Assembly (NCBI GenBank): GCA_951406725.2
Contig: OX597823.1
Location: 63,798,001 to 63,862,000 of the forward strand
Source: Octopus vulgaris
Lineage: Eukaryota
Direction: 5' to 3'
DNA length: 64,000 bases
Shown here: piece after piece, positions 12,065 to 24,608 of the stretch
Position numbering within the stretch: the stretch's first letter is position 1
How the letters are laid out: every line of letters starts with the position of its first letter
The notes under the pieces: generated by a model
What the model saw: the letters and a program-made list of their open reading frames with translations, nothing else
The model's database searches: none
Told to the model about the DNA's origin: nothing
Made by a program: the position numbers and the translations under genes

Positions 12065-12330
12065 CATGACTTCACATAACCTATCGGGATGTCAGGTATT
12101 ACACATCGCTGGTCATAATGTGCTTTTGCATTGTTTTAGCCTTCAAATGATGCCACCTTGCTGGCTAGGTGAGCAGGTCAACATTCCTCCCTGATCAAAA
12201 GGGGGACTGGGGCAATGTGAAATGAAGTGTTTTGCTTAAGAACACAATGCACTGCTCCGTCAGGGAATTGAACTCATGATCAAGTGATTGTGAGAGCAAC
12301 AGCCTAACCACTAAGTCATATGCCTTCACA
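12065..12330 (-). mobile_element. tRNA-derived SINE, third family (related copies at about 35895-36215 + and 62830-63033 -)
   Basis: Minus-strand head gtgaaggcatatgacttagtggttagg ... gagttcaattccc ... gtgttcttaagcaaaacactt. Confidence 0.7.
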
Positions 12331-12614
12331 CAAAAAAAAAAAAAAAAACTAGAAGTAATCTCTGGAAATTAATTTCCTAACAAGGAGTTCTTTTGCTCCT
12401 ATTGTAATTCCGTTCACATCTTCAACACATTACTGGAATATATATCACCCTCAATACTTCACCGGTACTTGATTTTCTCAAGCTCAGAAAGAATGAAATC
12501 TGAGTACAAATCTGAACCCAGATTCATTTGAACTCAGAGTAATGGAACAAGTGAAAAATAAAGAAAAAAAGAATCAATAATAAAATAAAAAAATAATAAA
12601 ATAAGCAAGTTGAC

Positions 12615-12836
12615 TATGAGGTGGGTACTGGAAAGTTCTTGGCTTTAAGAGTATTGTGAAAGGCTTGGTTGCAGGCCCAAACTTCTGAGTTCTTTTACAG
12701 GACTCAGAAAAACTGAAGGACCACTGCAATAAGTGTATGAATCTGCAAGGGGAATATGTTGAATAAAATCATAATTAACTGATCCTCCTTTATTTTCTTT
12801 TACCTAAAACCAAAAAATTTTCAGCACCTCCTTGTA
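12615..12836 (+). mobile_element. mariner-derived MITE, copy 1
   Basis: TA-flanked inverted termini. The internal remnant ...EKLKDHCNKCMNLQGEYVE* matches the mariner transposase C-terminus. Confidence 0.78.
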
Positions 12837-12854
12837 CCTACATACATACATATA

Positions 12855-13076
12855 TACGAGGGGTTCTGAAAAGTTCCTGGCTTTAAGGGTGTCGTGAAAG
12901 GCCTGGTTGGAGGCCCAGCCTTCTGAGTTCTTTTCACAGAGCTTAGAAAAACTGAAGGACCATTGCAATAGGTGTGTGAATCTGAGCAGGGAATATGTTG
13001 AATAAAATCATAATTAATTGATCCTTCTGTATTTTATTCTACCCAAAGTAAGGAACTTTTCTGCACCCCTTTTGTA
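12855..13076 (+). mobile_element. mariner-derived MITE, copy 2 (adjacent, same orientation)
   Basis: tacgaggggttctgaaaagttcc ... ggaacttttctgcacccctt..gta termini. Remnant FFSQSLEKLKDHCNRCVNLSREYVE*. Confidence 0.82.
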
Positions 13077-14101
13077 TATCATTGGAAAGCATTGTGAAGT
13101 TCACTATTGTATTTAACAATTGTTTTATCTGTATCAATATCTATTAATCAATATGTGTGTGTGTGACAGTAATATCTGCAGCCACATGTGGTGTGATGTC
13201 ATATGAAGAGAAATTTCAGTGTTCAAATCTTTCTCCCTCACACCTTCAATTTTCTTTTCACTCCAAGGGGAGCTTATTCCAGCCAACTATTTTCTTTCTT
13301 TTTTGACATACAAGAAACAGACTTACGTGAGCAACATAACAATACACAGGACAAAAAAAAAAACCAACAAAAAATAAAAAACAAAAGTAAATAAAACGAA
13401 CTCAACAATTAAGCAAATTAGTAAAAAAAAGATGTCTATCAGCCAAAAATTAAAAAAAAAAAATGAAATAGTTACTAAAACAATTGGTAATGAAATAAAA
13501 ATTCAACAGTTGAAAGTTCTGGAAATTAGTTTAAACTCTCATTAAGCATTCATTCATATGAAAAGATGAGAATTTGCCAAAAGAAAAAAGAAAAAAAAAA
13601 TTTTGGAAATAAAAATACAATTTAAAAAAAAAAATCCCCCAAAACCTCATGAATGAAAAAGAAGAGAATCAAAACAAACAATTGAATATTGATAAATATT
13701 GAACAATAAGCTTTGTAGTCTGTAGAGGAATTTATGAGATTCTTGCCAAAAATGTAAATTTTCTGCTTTCTTACTAATGAAACAAGAAACAAACGAATTA
13801 TTACAATGTTGGAAAACCAAGATGAACCACAAAAGAAAAAAAAAAAAAGAAATAAAAATGGAAAATAAACAACTTGGAGTACTCATTACTAATATCAGGA
13901 CTTGTAATAGATATATACTACAGTGCATGATTGATGTATTTCTGAATATTTTCAGATGCATATGTTTGTGTACATGTATATTATACATACATGCACTTCC
14001 CATACACAGATGCGTGCGTGTGTGTGTGTGTGTGTGTATATTGTTTGTAGAAAACATAAATCCAAAAGAAGAAGCACGCTCTAAGATGAAGAGCAGTATA
14101 T

Positions 14102-14592
14102 ATTAAAAATGGGGAAGGCCGGTTTATGGGATTGCCTTAGGTTTCCTGTTCATAAAGGGTTTAGCTTTATGGCATATCATCAGATCCCAAAACTTGTTGG
14201 CCCATGACCTCTTCAAAATATGGAATGGGGAAATGCCTCACTACTCAAAAGTAAACAGTTGGGGGATTACAAATCTAAACATGGCCCCAAAATCTCTGTT
14301 CTGGAGTTAAGGATGTTCCCTGGTTTGATTGAGTCCTTTAGGATGTTTGTGAGTTCAACTATGCATAACTTGCAATGCTTTGTCCCATTGATGTAGGGGC
14401 CTGTAGGATTTTTCGAGCAAAGGGAGATAATCCCCAACTGTTTACCTTTGAGTAGTGAGGCATTTCCCCCTACATGTTTGGAAGAGGTCATGGGCCAACA
14501 GGTTTGGGATCTGACGATACGCCATAAAGCTAAACTCTTTATGGAAGGGAAACCTAAGGTAATCCCATAAACCGGCTTTCCCCACTTTTAAT
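14102..14592 (-). mobile_element. Truncated Penelope-like element: GIY-YIG C-terminus flanked by ~165-bp inverted arms
   Basis: Arms 14102-14269 and 14428-14592. The spacer encodes PYINGTKHCKLCIVELTNIL...LNSRTEILGPC on minus. Each arm carries a hammerhead core. Confidence 0.85.
14501..14573 (+). ncRNA. Type I hammerhead ribozyme motif (near-intact)
   Basis: tgggat-CTGACGA-tacg-ccataaag/ctttatgg-aagg-GAAA-cc taa gg-TA-atccca. GUA triplet at 14559-14561. The base of stem II is poorly paired. Confidence 0.65.
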
Positions 14593-14719
14593 GATATATA
14601 TATTTATATATATACAGGTATGTTGATGCAAACAAGGAAAATTGTTTGCATTTATCAAAAGTGCCAACACATGAAATTCTCAGACCTTGAGTCACTTTGT
14701 CACTTCTGTTAAATATATA

Positions 14720-15469
14720 TATATAAGGTGCACCAAGTGTAAGCTATGGACACATAAGAGGTGCAGCAATGTCAAAGGAAGGCTAACTAAGAAAATAGTT
14801 TTTGTCTGTGGCAGATGCTCAAGAGAAATAAACACTGGAAATGTGCAGAGACCAACTTCTACCACGTTCCAGGGAGACAAACTAGAAGTAGTTGATAGCT
14901 TCCGCTACCTAGGAGACCAAGTCAGTAGCGGGGGTGGGTGTGCTGAAAGTGTAACTGCTAGAGTAAGAATAGCCTGGGCAAAGTTTAGAGAGCTCTTACC
15001 CCTGCTGGTGACAAAAGGCCTCTCGCTAAGAGTAAAAGGCAGACTATATGATGCGTGTGTACGTACAGCCATGCTACATGGTAGTGAAACATGGGCCGTG
15101 ACAGCTGAGGATATGCGTAAGCTTGCAAGAAATGAAGCCAGTATGCTCCGATGGATGTGTAATGTCAGCGTTCATAATCGTCAGAGTGTAAGTACTTTGA
15201 GAGAAAAGTTGAACCTAAGAAGTGTCAGTTGTGGTGTGCAAGAGAGACGGCTGCGCTGGTATGGTCATGTGACGAGAATGGCTGAAGATAGTTGTGTGCA
15301 AAAGTGCTACACCCTAGCAGTTGAGGGAACCTGTGGAAGAGGTAGACCCAGGAAAACCTGGGACGAGGTGGTGAAGCACGACCTTCGAACTTTAGGTCTC
15401 ACCAAGGAAATGACTGAAGACCGAGTCCTATGGAAGTGTGCTGTGCATGAGAGGACCCAGCAGGACTAG
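14720..15469 (+). mobile_element. 5'-truncated RTE-clade LINE, ORF C-terminus (partial PHD-like finger, RT thumb, C-terminal region)
   Basis: Open ~250 codons with LEVVDSFRYLG, ARVRIAWAKF, AMLHGSETW, RRLRWYGHV.RM and GRGRPRKTW, all RTE hallmarks. Confidence 0.93.
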
Positions 15470-17688
15470 TCAGGCCATATCCCGTGGCCCCTACCTGGGA
15501 CGTAGTCGATCCACCTGTGCATACCTTCCTTCTTGTGACACTTGTGAAGACCTGCTGAGGCAAGTGAAAATCAATCAAAATAGATGAACATCAATGGAAT
15601 TTGTATCTTTGTGGTACCAGTGCCTGTGGCACACAAGAAAACCATCCGAACGTGGCCGTAGCCAGTACCGCATCGACTCGCCTCCGTGCTGTGGGAACAT
15701 GGTGGCACATAAAAACACCATCCGAAGACCCGGCAAGACTAGTCAGGTCATAACCCGTGGGCCCTACCTGGGACGTAGTCAGTCCACCTGTACATACCTT
15801 CCTTCTTGTGACACTTGTGAAGACCTGTTGAGGCAAGTGAAAATCAAAACAAATCAAAATAGATGAACATCAATGGAATTTGTATCTTCGTGGTACCAGT
15901 GCCGGTGGCACACAAGAATCCATCCGAACGTGGCCGTAGTCAGTACCGCTTGTGGTACCAGTGCCGGTGGCACACAAGAATCCATCCGAACGTGGCCGTA
16001 GTCAGTACCGCATCACTGGCCATCGTGCTGTGGGCACATAACAAACACCATCCGGTCGTGGCCGTTCGCCAGCCTCATCTAGCACCTGTGTCGGTGGCAC
16101 ATAAAAACACCATCCGAAGACCCGGCAAGACTAGTCAGGCCATAAACCATGGCCCCTACCTGGGACGTAGTCAGTCCACCTGTGCATACCTTCCTCCTTG
16201 TGATACTTGTGAAGGCCTGTTGAGGCAAGTGAAAATCAAAATCAAATCAAAACAAATCAAAATAGATGAACATCAATGGAATTTGTATCTTTGTGGTACC
16301 AGTGCCGGTGGCACACAAGAGAAAACCATCCGAAAGTGGCCGTAGCCAGTACCGCATCGACTGGCCTCCGTGCTGTGGGCACATGACAAACACCATCCGA
16401 TCGTGGCCGTTCGCCAGCCTCATCTAACACCTGTGTCGGTGGCACATAAAAACACCATCCGAAGACCCGGCAAGACTAGTCAGGCCATAACCCATGGCCC
16501 CTACCTGGGACGTAGTCAGTCCACCTGTGCATTCCTTCCTTCTTGTGACACTTGTGAAGACCTGTTGAGGCAAGTGAAAATCAAATCAAATCAAATCAAA
16601 CAAATCAAAATAGATGAACATCAATGGAATTTGTATCTTTGTGGTACCAGTGCCGGTGGCACACAAGAATCCATCCGAACGTGGCCGTAGCCAGTTCCGC
16701 ATCGACCGGCCTCCGTGCTGTGGGCACGTAACAAACACCATCCGATCGTGGCCGTTCGCCAGCCTCATCTGGCACCTGTGTCGGTGGCACATAAAAACAC
16801 CATCCGAAGACCCGGCAAGACTAGTCAGGCCATAACCCATGGCCCCTACCTGGGACGTAGTCAGTCCACCTGTGCATACCTTCCTTCTTGTGACACTTGT
16901 GAAGACCGGTTGAGGCAAGTGAAAATCAAATCAAATCAAATCAAATCAAAATAGACAAAATAGATGAACATCAATGGAATTTGTATCTTGTGGTACCAGT
17001 GCCTGTGGCACACAAGAAATCCATCAGTGCTGTAGTCAGTGCGGTGGGCACATGACAAACACCATCCGATCGTGGCCGTTCGCCAGCCTCATCTAGCACC
17101 TGTGTCGGTGGCACATAAAAACACCATCCGAAGACCCGGCAAGACTAGTCAGGCCATAACCCATGGCCCCTACCTGGGACGTAGTCAGTCCACCTGTGCA
17201 TACCTTCCTTCTTGTGACACTTGTGAAGACCTGTTGAGGCAAGTGAAAATCAAAACAAATCAAAATAGATGAACATCAATGGAATTTGTATCTTTGTGGT
17301 ACCAGTGCCGGTGGCACGTGGCACACAAGAAAACCATCCAAACGTGGCCGTAGCCAGTACCGCATCGACTGGCCTCCGTGCTGTGGGCACGTAACAAGCA
17401 CCATCCGATCGTGGCCGTTTGCCAGCCTCGTCTGGCACCTGTGTCGGTGGCACATAAAAAACACCATCCGAGCGTGGCTGTTTGCCAGCCTCGTCTGGCA
17501 CCTGTGTCGGTGGCACATAAAATCACCCACTACACTCTCGGAGTGGTTGGCGTTAGGAAGGGCATCCAGCTGTAGAAACACTGCCAGATCTGACTGGACT
17601 GGTGCAGCTTTCGGGCTCCCCAGACCCCAGTTGAACCGTCCAACCCATGCTAGCATGGAAAGCGGACGTTAAATGATGATGATGATGA
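15464..17688 (+). repeat. Tandemly amplified RTE 3' UTR (six unit starts) ending in the normal RTE tail
   Basis: gactagtcagg recurs at 15464, 15737, 16129, 16474, 16819 and 17143 (spacings 273, 392, 345, 345, 324). Terminal ggaagggcatccagc...(GAT)n. Confidence 0.92.
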
Positions 17689-18329
17689 TTAATAAATGAA
17701 ATAAAACATATGCATATATATATAAACATATATGTACGTACCTACCTCTACATGTACATATACACGCATATATGAGTACAGGACACCAAAGGGACGTCGA
17801 ACACAAAGAGAAACGAAAACATAGACACAAACCGAAGGAACAGGACATTTTTTTAAAAACAACAAAAAATGGAGTACAGGACAATTAACACAACGAAAAA
17901 ACCCCTTCTTCAGTCGCTAATGTTTCATCTACTCTACGTTTCGAAGGATAAAAGCGAGACGTATCTTTGACAAGAAACTTTCCTTCCTGCGAAAAGCAAA
18001 TCAATTAAAATTCTGAGATCTTTTCGCAGAGGGGTAAAAAATGGTAAAAAAATGATATATATATAGTTCAAACTTACAGAAAACAGAAGAAAGGTGAGGA
18101 AGCAACAAGTGGGTGTAATAGTTTGATGCTTGGGGAAAATGGAAAAGTTTTCGACGTTTTGAGCCTAGGTTCTTCAGCAGAAAGGGTTGAGGGGAAAGAA
18201 ATGGAGAGAGAATGAAAAAACAACAGAGAGAGAAACAAATGTGTAGGGATTAACGATTCGACATGATGGAATTACCAGTTGAAAAGGGAGATAATAACAG
18301 TGATCCAGCGGAACTAGGGTGTGCAAGTG

Positions 18330-18364
<35 letters not shown>

Positions 18365-19849
18365 TGTATATGTGTGAACAGGGGTGAGTGTGTGTGAATG
18401 CATGTGTGGGCAAGCTTAAAATCGTGCGTGTGTGTGTGTGTATAAGTAACTTAGTGTATGCATTGTGTGGCATGATGTGTGTTTTGAGTATTTATGTGTG
18501 AGCGTGTGTGTGTGTGTGAGAGGCTGTGTATAGTATGTGTGTGCATATAGACATGTGAGGCTGTGTATAGTGTGTGAGGCTATCGAGTGTGTGTGTGTAT
18601 ATAGACATGTGAGGCTGTGTATAGTATGTATGTGCATATAGACATATTAGGCTGTGTATAGAATGTGTGTGAAGCTATTGTGTGTGTGTGTGTGTGCACG
18701 CAAACACTCGTGTGTAGCAGCTAATGTAAGCTTGTTTGAGTGGTGTGTGCACGTGTGTGTGTGTGTGTGTGTGTTAGTGCACGAAGTGTACATGTGACTG
18801 TGTGTTTTGTGTAGGTTTATGTGTGAAACTTGTATATGTTTATGTGCTGGTATAGACATGTGATATGTTTGGATGATATCAATCATGTGAGTGAGTGCCA
18901 CCCAAACCAGGTGGAAGAAAACTGCTTAGAAAGGGCCAAATGTATATGAAGGATAATGATTTAGAAGAAAAGTGTCAACTAATCCTGTATGACGAGAAGA
19001 AGATCTAGAAACATATGGACTGAAGTGATTAAAGCTGATCTCAAGAGGCTGAACTCCATGAACAAGATGACAAAGGACTACAAAAAGTGACTTAAGTTTC
19101 ACATGCCTCTCACAGAAGCACTTCTTTTTCGGGCTTTATATGTGTGTGTGTACGTGTGTATGCTTATATGCATATGTATGTGTGCCTGTATGTATATATG
19201 TGTGCGTGTGTTTATATGTATATATATGTGTGTATGCATATATGTAATTGTGCATGTGTATTTATATATATATTTTTTGTCTTTTACTTGTTTCTGTCAT
19301 TGGAGTACGGTCATGGTAGAGTACTGCATTGAATGGTTTATTTGAACAGATTGACTCAAGTTCTTGCTGTTTAGTTATGGTGATATAAATAAACCAACAG
19401 TGGTTGAGAAGCCATGGTATGAGCTGACAACCCCTTATGCGAATACAGACACACACATATACATACCCATTTGTTCATAAATACATACATACTGTGTGTC
19501 ATCTTGGGCAAGTGTCTATCACCAATTCACCATAGCCTTGGAATGACAAGTGCCATATGAGTGAAACTAGGTAAATGGAAACTATCTGGAAGAAGTCGGA
19601 TGCATTGTACCCACAACATAAAGGACCATATATACATATGTTGTTTGTGTGAGTGTCTGTGTATAGATATACATATTTATGTATGTTGGTTTCAATTTTT
19701 GGCATAAGACTAGTAATTTTGTGGGAGGGAATAAGTTGATTACATCGACCTCAAAACTCAGAATATAAAGATGTAAGAAATGCCACTAAACATTTTGTCC
19801 AGTGCAGTAATAATTCTTCCATCTTGCTGCCTTATACATTTATGTATAT

Positions 19850-20238
19850 TGGTAATAAGGTTAGTCAAAAGAAATGAAGGAACTGTTCCTTAGTTTATTG
19901 AAATACAGGTACAGAAAATCTTCATATTTTCCATAGAAATGAAAGGAAATGAAATGAAATGACATAAAATAAAATTAAGTAAAATAGAATGTTTATATTA
20001 TTTATGAATTTCTCATCATTATGTCTCAAGTAGACATGAGCATTCACACACAATAAATGATGAAAATTCTTTAAATGTAATAGCATAAATATTCCACTTT
20101 ATTTTACATTGCATTATTTCATGTTATTATATTTTATTTCATTCCATTTAGTTTTCTTTGAAAATTTGAAGATGTCTTGTGTTTGCATATAAATAACCAA
20201 GAAACAATTCCTTCATTTCTGACTAAAATTATTATTAC
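19850..20238. repeat. Old, degenerate long inverted repeat
   Basis: ttagtcaaaagaaatgaaggaactgttcc (19861) is the reverse complement of gaaacaattccttcatttctgactaa (20201). The inner arms also match loosely. Confidence 0.6.
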
Positions 20239-20308
20239 TACTTATAGACTATTCTTTACACTACTTAAAACATTTAAATCTCTAATGCATGTGTATATAT
20301 ATATATAT

Positions 20309-20765
20309 AACAGACAAGAAAGTAAATTTTGAATGCAGTATAGCTATGGAAACAGTAGAGAAAGATACGATATTTACTCTTAGAAGACAGAAAAAAACTT
20401 GCTAGCAGGAAGCTACAGGGAGTTGAACCCTGTACCTCTCAGATTCCAGCCAAGTTCTCAAACCATTAAACTAAACTGCCTGACAACCATTACCATCAAT
20501 TTTAATGCTAAATAATAGTTCTTTTGAGTGTGAGAACATTTTATAAACAAACTTTGGAAGCACCAAATATGATGGTATTTTACAGACAAGAAAATTAATT
20601 TTGAATGTAGCATAGCTGTGAAAACAGCAGAGAAAGATTAGGTATTTTCTGTCGTCTAAGGGTAAATACCCAATCTTTTCCTGCTGTTTTCACAGCAATA
20701 GTGTTCAAAATTTACTTTGTCTATAAAATACCAGCACAATCAGTACTTCCAAAGTTAGTTTATGA
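20309..20765. mobile_element. Composite repeat: tRNA-derived head on minus with duplicated and inverted arms
   Basis: Minus-strand TAGTTTAATGG ... GGTTCAACTCCC (about 20415-20480). Direct repeat at 20310 and 20583, and a hairpin about 20525-20765. Confidence 0.6.
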
Positions 20766-20766
20766 C

Positions 20767-20867
<101 letters not shown>

Positions 20868-20941
20868 AGCATTCTGATCTAGTAAACATGTTAGTCTTCA
20901 ATTACGAAAGAATTCAGTTGTAATAAATAATGGATACATAC

Positions 20942-21035
20942 TTGTATAAGTGTTTTAGAATACTGAGTAGGAAGCAAATGTTAATTTGTGGTATAGTTCT
21001 TATACATGAATATAGCCTCTCTTTATTTTTTTGCT
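20942..21035 (-). CDS. RhoGAP exon: QKNKERLYSCIRTIPQINICFLLSILKHLY(N)
   Basis: Acceptor ctttttttttcAG, donor CAA|GTatgt. 94 nt, phase 1 to 2. Carries the [LI]P..N...L...L.HL motif. Confidence 0.92.
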
Positions 21036-21173
21036 CTGAAAAAAAAAGGCAAAAAAAAACATATATATATAAATAAAAATATAAATATAATGGAATAATT
21101 ACTATGAAGTATTGGGTAGAATATATTGTATAAAGAATCATGGGTAAGGCCAGAACAATGCGAAGTAAATGCA

Positions 21174-22120
21174 GGGCGAATCACAAGAAAACAAATATAT
21201 GAATTAATGTACTTATCTTGCATTCAATATTTCGGGGTTATGATCCCATTTTCAAGAAATTAACGAACGTTGCTGATATGCCTGTGTGTAGAGTGGACAT
21301 GTGTAGAAAGGTGTTGCTATAGCAACCAGCTAGCTTCCTGTAACTCTCTTCTGTTGTTGATCTTAGGTTCCTTTTGGTGTATGAGAATGGCCTCAGAGAT
21401 TCTAAGGTTGCCCTTGTTCAGCTGTGTTGCCTTAATGTGCACTGTTCCTTCATGCATATATGCAGTTTTCTTGTTGCACTTCCTATGTAGGATGTGCCAC
21501 ATTTGTCAAAGATGATCTCATACACAGCATAGGTCCTCTGGCACAAGTCAGAGTCATTGATGAGGTAGTTTGATAATGTGCACCCCTCAGCCTTCCCTGA
21601 GGAAAGCTCTGTCCAAGAACAACACCTCTCACTACTCTGAAGAGTCCACATTATCGAACTGCTCCATCAATGACCCTGAATTGTACCAGAAGACCTATGC
21701 TGTATAAGAGATCATCTGTGGCAAATGTGGTGCATCCTACATAGGAAGCAACAGAAAACTGCATATACGCATAAAGGAACACATGCAAGCAGACACTTCC
21801 ATGAAGAAACATCTATGGAAATGCCAGACCCAAGAATTCACAGTGCACATCAGGGCAACACAGAGGAACAGGTGCAACCTTAGAATATCTGAGGCCATCC
21901 TCATACACCAAAGAAAACCAAATAGCAACAACAGAAGAGAGTTACAGGAAGCTAGCTGGTTGCTATAGCAACACCTTACTGCACATGTCCACTCCACACA
22001 TGCTCACACATATCAGTAACATTTGTTAATTTCTTGAAAATGGGGTCATAACCCCAAAATATTAAAGGCAAGGTAAGTCTACATTAATTCATATATTTGT
22101 TTTCTTGTGATTTGCCTTGG
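21174..22120. mobile_element. Head-to-head inverted pair of Penelope-like GIY-YIG 3' ends
   Basis: Arms about 21174-21575 (-) and 21665-22120 (+) encode YAVY.IICGKCGASYIGS.RKLHIRIKEH...ISEAILIHQ.KP..NNRREL. Each ends in a minimal hammerhead-like motif. Confidence 0.88.
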
Positions 22121-22870
22121 ATATGTTTGTAAGCCATGAGAAGTGGAATCTGATATTTTAAAATCAGTCCTTCAGTAGCCTTGTTCTTAAATGAATAAAT
22201 AAGCCTATAAAGTTAAAATCTCTCCATTGCTTAGCTTACAAACTTATCTAAACCCATGACCTTCTTTATATATATATATATGAAGACTTTGTATAGTATA
22301 CAACATTTAAAAGGTAACTTAAGTTTTATGTAGTTGCATGCCAATTGTATTCAGTAAAAATAAAATTTTGGGCTGACTTGGTAACCATCACTCAGAAAAA
22401 CCAAATATAGCTACCAACAAGTTGCAAGTGTGAAAGGCAAAAAATATGAGAATAAAGTTCTAAATAGGATAAATTGTGCGACTAAGAGTAAAAACTTAGC
22501 TACTTTGAAAGATCAGGTTTTGGGGATTGGTTATGTATAATGAATAGATTGAAATACACAAACACCTTTACAAAAATATATATCATTTAAACACACACAT
22601 ATATATTATCTCAGAAAAACTACTGGCATAAAAGCACTATCAAAGGTGTGAAAGAAGGAAATGCATGTCTATGGCACAGAATATAAGGAAGTATTATGCA
22701 TTATGCATAGGTCTATGTGAAGTGGAGGTTGGCATGTATCTCCCAGAGATACATGTCTATGCTGGAACATTCTGCTGGGTTAGAATATATTTATTCACGT
22801 AGGGATATCCTCTTAATATTTCATTCCAAATGTTCAAGACTTTTGCAGTATTTTTTAATCTGCTTAAATA

Positions 22871-23050
22871 TGTTAGTTAGTTAGTTAATTTGGCTCAAAA
22901 GCAAATAGCAAGGCCATGTAGGGGGACATGGAGTTAAGTACAGGGTGGTGTTCATGTAAAGAGTTCAGGCCACTTGAGGTCAAGGGAGGCTTTGAACAAA
23001 GCGGTCGTTGGCATCTTCACCATCTCGTCTGGCAGCTTGTTCCACGGAAC
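22871..23050 (-). mobile_element. CR1/L2-type LINE extreme 3' end
   Basis: VPWNKLPDEMVKMPTTALFKASLDLKW, then a short UTR and a (TAAC)n tail. Confidence 0.8.
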
Positions 23051-23564
23051 ATGTGTACCCTTTGTGTTGTGCAAACGTTTATCCAATGACTTACTGCCAT
23101 TGATCTTTCAAGTATGTGTCGTTTGATGTTATAGTCAGTATTTGCACCCTTAGTTTCCAAACGTTGCTGGCAAGTATTATGGAATACCTCCTGCCAATGT
23201 TTTCACAGTTTGTTCTTGATTTATTTGAATTTACCTTCAATTATTATACTAATATAATCTTAAATCTTTTTTTTTTTTTTGATCATCTAGTTTGAATTAG
23301 TTACGGTAATTTCAATTTCATATTCAATTTGGCTCATATTTCATTTAATGGGTCTTCTTCTATCTTCCCATCTTCTGACATGAACAACCTAAGTCGTTAT
23401 ACCTAACAAAAGTATCAACAATAAGTGCCTTCATGTTATGTTGGGACTACATCTGTAGTTAATTTTCATAGAATGCTGGCTGAATATTTTTTCTGAATCT
23501 ATCAGTTAATAGGAAATGCTTATCTTCAAGGGGATAAGAAGTGTTTTAAATCATTAGTCTACAT

Positions 23565-23792
23565 TTAATCCTTCAGCATTCAGATTACTCTGTCAAATGT
23601 AAAGCTTATTTATCCACATTGTTCTGAATTAATCAAGTATTATCTTGCGACTTGAAGATTTTGATGATCTGATTGTATATTTTTAGAAAGATATTGTAGT
23701 GTAGTTATGAGAGGTTGGATCTGGCCAGTTTGAACATAAAACAAGCAGAATATTTTGGCCGGATACGGCCAGTTTAAATGCTTAAGGGTTAA
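23565..23792. mobile_element. TTAA-flanked MITE (piggyBac-like termini)
   Basis: ttaatccttcagcatt ... aatgcttaagggttaa inverted ends. A second, split copy lies at 37772-39503. Confidence 0.78.
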
Positions 23793-24549
23793 GAATGCTG
23801 CAAAATAATACGTGTTCTTTAAACAGAGACTGGCAATTTGGGGCTTCCTACAGATCACTCAACTCTCATTACAACGAAGTACCGCTTGTTCTTAAGTGTC
23901 ATTTATTTACCATTATCACAATCCAGTGAAGTAAAACACATCCTCTGGATATCCTTTGGCTGACTGTCTTGTGCAAGAAGGAGAGATTTTCTTCTAAATC
24001 TCTAGGTTTGACCTCAAGTTGGTTTTGCTATAGAATATTATATATTGAAGGCAAAATGCATCATACGGATAAATAAGATTAGCCCTTTCTTTGTTTGATC
24101 AATATTTTCTGTCATTTCCTTAGTCTTTTCTATTATTCCATCAACATAAGGAATGTTCTGCAAGACAGCTTAGACTAAGAAAATTACCTTTGGATTGTCA
24201 AACTAATATCAATATCTCCTTATTTATATTTTGTCCATATTTTAAGTTTAAAGTGAATTTTTCCATGTATTATTCTATTTTACTTTGCATTTCCTGATCA
24301 ACTGTTTAGAAAATTACACGCACATATATATACATATGCACACACACACACATGTATGTATATGTCTGTCTGTGTGCATGCATGCATGTGTGCATATGCG
24401 TGTGTGTGTCAGGCCAACATTATTATAAACTATAATTTCTGTAATGCAAATGTCTTGGAAAACGAAAATTCAAATACAATGTTTTCTTGTTTATTCATTT
24501 ATTCCGTTTGTTTCTCATGTCAAAAATTTTCGGTGAATTAATTACTTAC

Positions 24550-24608
24550 TTGAGATATTCATCAAAGGCCAGTAGAATTCTGTTGTCAAAAGTGGTTCAG
24601 ATAGATTC
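24550..24608 (-). CDS. RhoGAP exon: (R)NLSEPLLTTEFYWPLMNIS(K)
   Basis: Acceptor ttcattttgcAG, donor CAA|GTaagt. 59 nt, phase 2 to 1. Carries the R.L.EPLL motif. Confidence 0.93.

Noticed and set aside
15464-17520. CRISPR-like look of palindromic repeats with intervening sequence
   Set aside because: The intervening segments are themselves repeated, there are no cas genes, the context is eukaryotic, and the array is continuous with an RTE ORF and tail.
17890-18190. Minus-strand GAAACGTA...CTGAAGA and CTGAAGA...AAAACGTC motifs
   Set aside because: Probably decayed Penelope-type ends, but the stems do not close convincingly.
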